64,000 bases of DNA from an uncultured Acidobacteriota bacterium (GTDB taxonomy: Bacteria > Acidobacteriota > Vicinamibacteria > Marinacidobacterales > SMYC01). Positions within the stretch are counted from its first letter, which is position 1, and every line of letters starts with the position of its first letter. A program made the translations under genes and the position numbers. The notes under the pieces were generated by a model, which saw nothing but the letters and a program-made list of their open reading frames with translations, was not told the origin of the DNA and ran no database searches. Positions 57,186 to 64,000 of the stretch are shown here, piece by piece. The stretch covers positions 143,430-207,429 of the forward strand of contig CAWFHP010000020.1 in the NCBI GenBank assembly GCA_963815675.1, written 5' to 3'.

Positions 57186-58052
57186 ATGGCTACGACGACA
57201 TCCGCACCGCTCGGCTCGCGGGGCGGACACATTATCTTCATCCTCGTGCTCGTGGCGGAGGCTCTGCTCCTTTCCTCTCAGGTGACCACAGATACCGGAC
57301 ATTCGGCGCTCCGGTCCCTCGTCGTCGCGCTCTTTTCGCCCATCCAGCGAGGCGCTGACGCGACGCTCGGGGGTATTCGGTCGGCTTGGTACGGATACGT
57401 GGACCTGCGGGGAGTCCGGGCGGAGAACCGAGAGCTCAAGGAAGAGGTGGCGCGGCTCGACCAGGCCCTGTGGATGGAGCATGACGTCGTCGCGAGCTAC
57501 CGGCGCTTGAGCTCGGTTTTGGAGCTCGCGGAGCGAATTCCCGGCAATCCCATCGTGGCGGAGGTCGTGGGTCTCGACGCCAGCGCCTGGTTCCGCACCA
57601 TCACCGTGAACCGAGGAAAGGCCCGTGGGGTCCGGCTCAACGCGCCGGTGATCGCCGCCGGTGGTCTCGTGGGCCGCGTGATCTCGATCGGCCCCGACGT
57701 CGCCCAGATTCAGCTCGTCACCGACCGCGATTGCTCCGTGGGAGCGCTTCTGGCTCGAACCCGCACGAGGGGCGTCGTTGCGGGGAGCGGGGAGCAGGTG
57801 AGCCCCACCGGGCTGACGCTCAACTACGTGAGCAATCTGGAGGACGTGGTCGAGGGTGATCTCATCGTCACGTCGGGTATGGACGGGATCTATCCCAAGG
57901 GGATTGCCATCGGTCGCGTTGCCTCGGTTCGCAACGGTCCCCGGTTGTTCAAGCTGGTGACGGTCGAGCCAGCGGCCCGACTCGACGGGCTCGAGGAAGT
58001 CTTCATCCTACAGCCGGTCGTGACCGACGATATCACCGAGCGGGTCGAGTGA
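57186..58052 (+). CDS. mreC: rod shape-determining protein MreC
   Basis: 288-aa ORF downstream of mreB with a TM helix, a coiled-coil (ENRELKEEVARL) and a beta-barrel domain (GLVGRVISIGPDVAQIQLVTD...VTSGMDGIYPKGIAIG). Confidence 0.9.
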   Translation: MATTTSAPLGSRGGHIIFILVLVAEALLLSSQVTTDTGHSALRSLVVALFSPIQRGADATLGGIRSAWYGYVDLRGVRAENRELKEEVARLDQALWMEHDVVASYRRLSSVLELAERIPGNPIVAEVVGLDASAWFRTITVNRGKARGVRLNAPVIAAGGLVGRVISIGPDVAQIQLVTDRDCSVGALLARTRTRGVVAGSGEQVSPTGLTLNYVSNLEDVVEGDLIVTSGMDGIYPKGIAIGRVASVRNGPRLFKLVTVEPAARLDGLEEVFILQPVVTDDITERVE

Positions 58053-58530
58053 GGCTTTTCGAGGTCGGCGTCGCCATCCTGGTGGCCTTCGTCGTCCAGA
58101 CCGTTCTCGGCCGCTATCTGCCTTTCCTGGGCAACCATCTCGACCTGTTCACGGTGGTGGCGGCGGGCTTCGGACTCGTGCGGGGGCGGATGCCCGGCAT
58201 GGTGAGCGGGGCGGCCGCGGGGCTCCTCCAGGACGCGTTCTCTGGGGGCTTTCTCGGATTCAACGGGATCTCCAAGACCACCGTAGGCTACCTTTCGGGA
58301 ATCGCGGGGCGACATTTGATCATCCGCGGCTGGTCGACCCGCGCACTCTTTTTCGCGCTCGCGACCCTTCTCGATCTCATCATTCTCGGCGTCGTCGGCT
58401 ACGCCGCCGAGTTCCCGCGGGTGATGGGCGAGGGGCTGGCGCCGCTTTACCTCTGTTTCGGAAACGCCCTGGCTGGTATCCTTCTGGTGAGGGCTCTCGA
58501 GCGCCGCGACCCCGGCGACTCGTCTCGAGC

Positions 58531-58534
<4 letters not shown>
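58049..58534 (+). CDS. mreD: rod shape-determining protein MreD
   Basis: 161-aa polytopic membrane ORF overlapping the mreC stop and the mrdA start. The call rests on position and hydrophobic profile. Confidence 0.8.
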
Positions 58535-60462
<1,928 letters not shown>

Positions 60463-61550
60463 CTGGCTGACCGTCCTCGGCCTCGTCGTCGTGTCGGGGT
60501 TCGGTCTCATCGTCATTTACAGCGCCACGCAGGCGGGTCCTACGCCCGAGCTCTATCGGTCTCAAATCGCGAGGCTCGTGATCGCGATGGCACTGCTCGG
60601 CTTCGTCATGCTGTTCGACTATCACACCATCGTCGATCGTGCGGAGCTCATCTACGTCTCGGTCCTGCTGCTCCTCTTGTATCTCGTCCTCTTCGGAGGT
60701 CTTCGCGCGGGCACGAACCGGTGGATCGAGCTCGGAGTGGGAACGTTCCAGCCGGGTGAGCTCGCCAAGATCGGCGTCGTGATTCTTCTCGCCAAGTACT
60801 ATGCGGCGGTTCGAAAGAACCATCTCGGCACGACCGAGGTCTTCATCACCGGGCTGTTTGCGGGGATTCCCATCGTCCTCATCGCCCTGCAGCCCGATCT
60901 CGGCACGGCGGCCACCATCGGGATGGTGTATCTGTCGATGGCACTGCTCGCGGGCGTTCGTGCCCGCCTCGTTCTCGCTGGAGCCATCGCCGTGACCCTC
61001 ACCCTTCCCCTCGGATGGGCGTTCGTGCTGAAGGATTACCAGAAAGAGCGGGTCTACGCGTTCCTCGATCCCAGCCGGGATCCGCGTGGCTCGGGCTATC
61101 AGAGCATCCAGTCCACCATCGCCGTCGGATCCGGTGGATTCGCGGGCAAGGGCTGGATGAAAGGAACCCAGAGCCAGCTGCAATTCCTCCCCGCGCCGCA
61201 TACGGATTTCGTTTTCGCCGTCGTCGCCGAGGAGTTCGGCTTCGTGGGTGTATCGACGGTGATCATCTTGTATCTCGTCATCGTGTTGCGGTGTATCGAC
61301 ACCGCCCGCAGGTCGCGGGACCGGCTCGGCGTGTACCTCGTTTTCGGGGTGCTCTCGATGTTCGTATTCCAGACGCTCTACAACCTGGCCATGGTCGCGG
61401 GGCTCGTTCCGATCAAGGGATTTCCTCTGCCGCTCATGAGCTACGGAGGCTCCTCGATGCTCGCCACGATGCTCGGATTCGGCCTCGTCCTGAACGTCAG
61501 GATGCGCCGGTTCGTAAATTGACCTGGCTGGCCTGGAAAAGAAGGAATGA

Positions 61551-61598
61551 ACGCAAAGTCGCAAAGGCGCAACGACGCAAAGGCGGAAAGGCGCAAAG
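61551..61598 (+). repeat. six tandem NCGCAAAG octamers, 29 nt downstream of the rodA stop
   Basis: acgcaaag tcgcaaag gcgcaacg acgcaaag gcggaaag gcgcaaag. It is preceded by ggaatgaa; locus 45327 has ggaatcgaa in the same position. Confidence 0.85.
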
Positions 61599-61613
61599 AG
61601 GAACCGTGACGCG

Positions 61614-61650
61614 TCCGGCCGACCCGAAACGCGGCTGGATTGCATTTTTG
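61614..61650 (+). terminator. candidate rho-independent terminator of the mre-mrd-rodA operon
   Basis: tccggccg (61614-61621) pairs with cggctgga (61632-61639) over 8 bp including one G-U. The loop is 10 nt. It is followed by ttgcattttt g. Confidence 0.4.
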
Positions 61651-62276
61651 TGATAGATTCTTGGAGAAGCGATCTCTTCTGAAAGGAAGGGGATCGCCGC
61701 TCGACTAGGCTCACGTTCTCAGACCCCTGAGCGGGACCGGTGGGCGGTCGCTCGAAAGTTTTGGTTTCTTGTTGGATCTGGGATTTTTTTACGGAGGGCA
61801 GGTTTTCTTCCCTCTCTTGAATCGAGGAGGCCGGGCTCGTTCGGTTGCGGGCAGGCTGGAGGGAACGGCGAAGCGTACCCTGGGGATACGGCAGCGCCGG
61901 GATGCTCCGACCGGGAAAACCCCGGCTGGGAGCTCCGGGTTCGGGCGACGCTCGAATTCCGGGACCGCGTGGTCTCCTGGCTCGAGGGTCGGCGATTTTC
62001 GACCCAATCCCCAATGCAAAGTGTCTAAGGACTCGATCAGGTTGAAACGATTGGAACTCTTGTCATTCGGGAAGCGTCGTGGAAGACGGACGGTCGTCCT
62101 CGCCATCGCTTGCGCGCGGCCGAGGACCGATTCCACGCCCCGGCGCAACGCCGCATCGCCGTCGGTGCGACCCGACTGACGCCGCTTCCGCAACCTCACG
62201 AGTTTCGCGGCACCGCTGTATTTTCCTTCCGCCCGTCGCGAAGCGCCCGCCTCGATGGAGTGTCACGAGGCTACTC

Positions 62277-63779
62277 ATGACGAAAGAAATGATCGTGAGC
62301 CACAGCCCTTTGCAGACGCGGTTGGCGATCGTCGAGGACAACGTCGTCTCCGAGGTCGCGTTCGAGCGCGAGCGCAGCCGCGGTGTCGTGGGCAACATCT
62401 ACAAAGGGCGGGTCAACCGGGTCCTGCCGGGAATGCAGTCCGCGTTCGTCGACATCGGGCTCGAACGGGACGCCTTTCTCTACGTGTCGGACGTGCTCGA
62501 GGACGAGGACTTTCTCACCGAAGAGGAGGCCAAGATCGTCGAGACCGAGCGCGAGATTCGAGCCGCGGCGGGGGCGAACCAATCCATCGACCAGCTCCTC
62601 AAGCAGGGCCAGGAAGTCCTCGTCCAGGTCGTCAAAGAGCCGCTCGGGACAAAAGGGGCCCGCATCACGTCCTACGTGAGCTTGCCGGGAAGACTCCTGG
62701 TGTACATGCCGACGGTCGACCACGTCGGAGTCTCCCGGAAGATCGATTCGGCCGAGGAGCGGGGCCGTCTCCGGAAGTTGATCCAGAAATCGCGCCAGCG
62801 AGGCGGTGGCTACATCGTGCGAACCGCCGCCCAGGGGAAGGAGGACGACGGCATCGTCGCGGATCTCCGGTATCTGGAGCAGAAGTGGCAGGAGATCGGT
62901 CAACGCGCCGAGCAGGTGCGGGCGCCGGCCCTCATTCATCGCGACCTGGGATTGGTGTTCAAGTACATCCGTGACGTGCTCTCGCCGGAGTTCTCGGCCA
63001 TACGCATCAATTCCGAGGAGCTGTTCGACCAGGTGCTCAACTACGTGCGGCAGATCCAGCCGCAGATGCTGCACCGGGTGAAGTACTACTCCAAGAACTA
63101 TCCCATCCTGGAGGAATACGGCGTTCAGGCCGAGATCGACAAGGCGCTCCGAAGCAAAGTGTGGCTCAAGTCGGGAGGCTACATCGTCATCAACCAGACC
63201 GAGGCGCTGGTGGCGATCGACGTCAATACCGGGCGCTATACCGGCGACCGGCGGCTGGAAGACACCATCACCCGCATCAACATCGAGGCGGTCGAGGAGA
63301 TCGTGCACCAGATCCGTCTCCGGGACCTCGGAGGCATCATCGTCATCGACTTTATCGACATGGAAGAGCGGCGGAACCAGCAAAGAGTCTCCGCCGCGCT
63401 CGAGAGCGCGCTGAGGAAGGATCGCTCACCCACGAAGAGCATCCAGATCAACGAGTTCGGTCTCGTCGTGCTCACCCGCAAGCGGGTGAAGCGCTCCTTG
63501 GAGCGCGTGCTCTGCCGGCCCTGCCCGCATTGCCAGGGCAGCTCCTGGGTCAAGTCCCCGACGACGGTTGCGTTCGAGATCGTCGATCAGGTACGCAAGA
63601 CCATGAACGAGTTCCCCAATGGGCTGACGGTTCGAGTCCACCCGGAAGTTGCCCGAGCGCTGAAAGGCAAGGAGGCGCCGGTGCTCGATGAGCTGAAGTC
63701 GCTGCTGAAGCACGACGTGGACGTCCGCTCCGACAGCAACATGTACGAGGAGCAGTACGAGCTGGTCGCCCGGCGCTGA
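62277..63779 (+). CDS. rng: ribonuclease G / Rne-Rng family endoribonuclease
   Basis: This is the real part of ORF 62079..63779, from the ATG at 62277. S1 domain: GNIYKGRVNRVLPGMQSAFVDIGLERDAFL. Catalytic core: GGYIVINQTEALVAIDVNTG...NIEAVEEIVHQIRLRDLGGIIVIDFIDM. There is a Zn-link-like CPHCQG. About 500 aa, RNase G sized. Confidence 0.9.
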   Translation: MTKEMIVSHSPLQTRLAIVEDNVVSEVAFERERSRGVVGNIYKGRVNRVLPGMQSAFVDIGLERDAFLYVSDVLEDEDFLTEEEAKIVETEREIRAAAGANQSIDQLLKQGQEVLVQVVKEPLGTKGARITSYVSLPGRLLVYMPTVDHVGVSRKIDSAEERGRLRKLIQKSRQRGGGYIVRTAAQGKEDDGIVADLRYLEQKWQEIGQRAEQVRAPALIHRDLGLVFKYIRDVLSPEFSAIRINSEELFDQVLNYVRQIQPQMLHRVKYYSKNYPILEEYGVQAEIDKALRSKVWLKSGGYIVINQTEALVAIDVNTGRYTGDRRLEDTITRINIEAVEEIVHQIRLRDLGGIIVIDFIDMEERRNQQRVSAALESALRKDRSPTKSIQINEFGLVVLTRKRVKRSLERVLCRPCPHCQGSSWVKSPTTVAFEIVDQVRKTMNEFPNGLTVRVHPEVARALKGKEAPVLDELKSLLKHDVDVRSDSNMYEEQYELVARR

Positions 63780-63806
63780 CCCCCGAAGGCGGAGGCGAAA
63801 AGACGC

Positions 63807-64000
63807 TTATTCCGTTTCTGTCGGCTCCGGGGGCTTTTCGGGCTTCTTCTGGTAGATGGTCCTGGGATCGAAATTTGGGTCCGCCGCGAAGGCTCGGCTG
63901 AACGTATCCACCGCATCGGAGTATTGGCGCAGTATCTGTTGGGCGTACCCCATGAGGTAGAGCGCGTCGGCGCGCCCGGGCTCGAGCTCGAGCGTCTTCT
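63807..64000 (-). CDS. TPR-like repeat protein, C-terminal fragment (5' part outside the window)
   Basis: Own translation of the minus strand: ...KTLELEPGRADALYLMGYAQQILRQYSDAVDTFSRAFAADPNFDPRTIYQKKPEKPPEPTETE*, with the stop (taa) at 63807-63809. Confidence 0.5.
   Translation of the reverse strand, partial: KTLELEPGRADALYLMGYAQQILRQYSDAVDTFSRAFAADPNFDPRTIYQKKPEKPPEPTETE

Noticed and set aside
61523-62276. RNase P RNA, tmRNA, SRP RNA, 6S RNA or a riboswitch in the rodA-rng gap
   Set aside because: Signature motifs I know are absent (the GAGGAAAGTCC-type P4 element, a tmRNA tag ORF ending ALAA plus a tRNA-like end, the B12 box, the TPP CTGAGA context). The gap is kept only as an unexplained long leader in the findings.

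Overview
GC-rich bacterial chromosomal segment. It has no rRNA, tRNA, CRISPR array, transposase, integrase or prophage genes that I can recognise. All family calls rest on reading the supplied translations, plus my own translation of regions the ORF track misses; no search tools were used. Gene content suggests a Gram-negative, possibly Acidobacteriota-like organism (TonB receptor with CarboxypepD_reg domain, DUF4388 proteins, PpiD, mreBCD-mrdA-rodA-rng); the taxon is inference only. Layout: (i) 1-12.8 kb is a reductive pyrimidine/hydantoin-type catabolic island: PLP enzyme, DAP ammonia-lyase, SsnA-like amidohydrolase, Mo-hydroxylase with fused 2Fe-2S domains, three different carbamoyl-amidases, and PreT/PreA. 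(ii) 12.8-21.5 kb holds signalling and miscellaneous genes: FHA-DUF4388, REC-GGDEF-EAL, malonyl-CoA decarboxylase, TonB receptor, SRPBCC, Roadblock, tatA. (iii) 21.5-24.1 kb is a tightly coupled minus-strand operon: lysW-like, larE, Zn-ribbon, MBL, secretin-N-domain protein. (iv) 24.2-29.6 kb holds a penicillin-acylase family protein and moaC/moeA/lpxD. (v) 29.9-45.3 kb starts with a Ser/Thr kinase. It continues with a glycan-synthesis/modification cluster: GT2, otsB-GH15-otsA, methyltransferase, B12 radical SAM, carbamoyltransferase, GT-C membrane glycosyltransferase. That cluster is bracketed by two secreted proteins that share an unrecognised domain. (vi) 45.5-50.7 kb is a TolC-MacA-MacB type efflux operon. 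(vii) 50.8-64 kb holds STAS, PpiD, FecR-domain protein, GAF-GGDEF, mreB-mreC-mreD-mrdA-rodA, a 750-nt non-coding gap, RNase G and a partial TPR gene. The most striking sequence-level observation is that 15 otherwise well-conserved genes are interrupted. All 14 single-base lesions are insertions, and 10 of them convert a reconstructed GATC into GATTC. This looks like a motif-specific consensus artefact, possibly tied to DNA modification, rather than gene decay. A family of tandem NCGCAAAG octamers sits just downstream of three stop codons.
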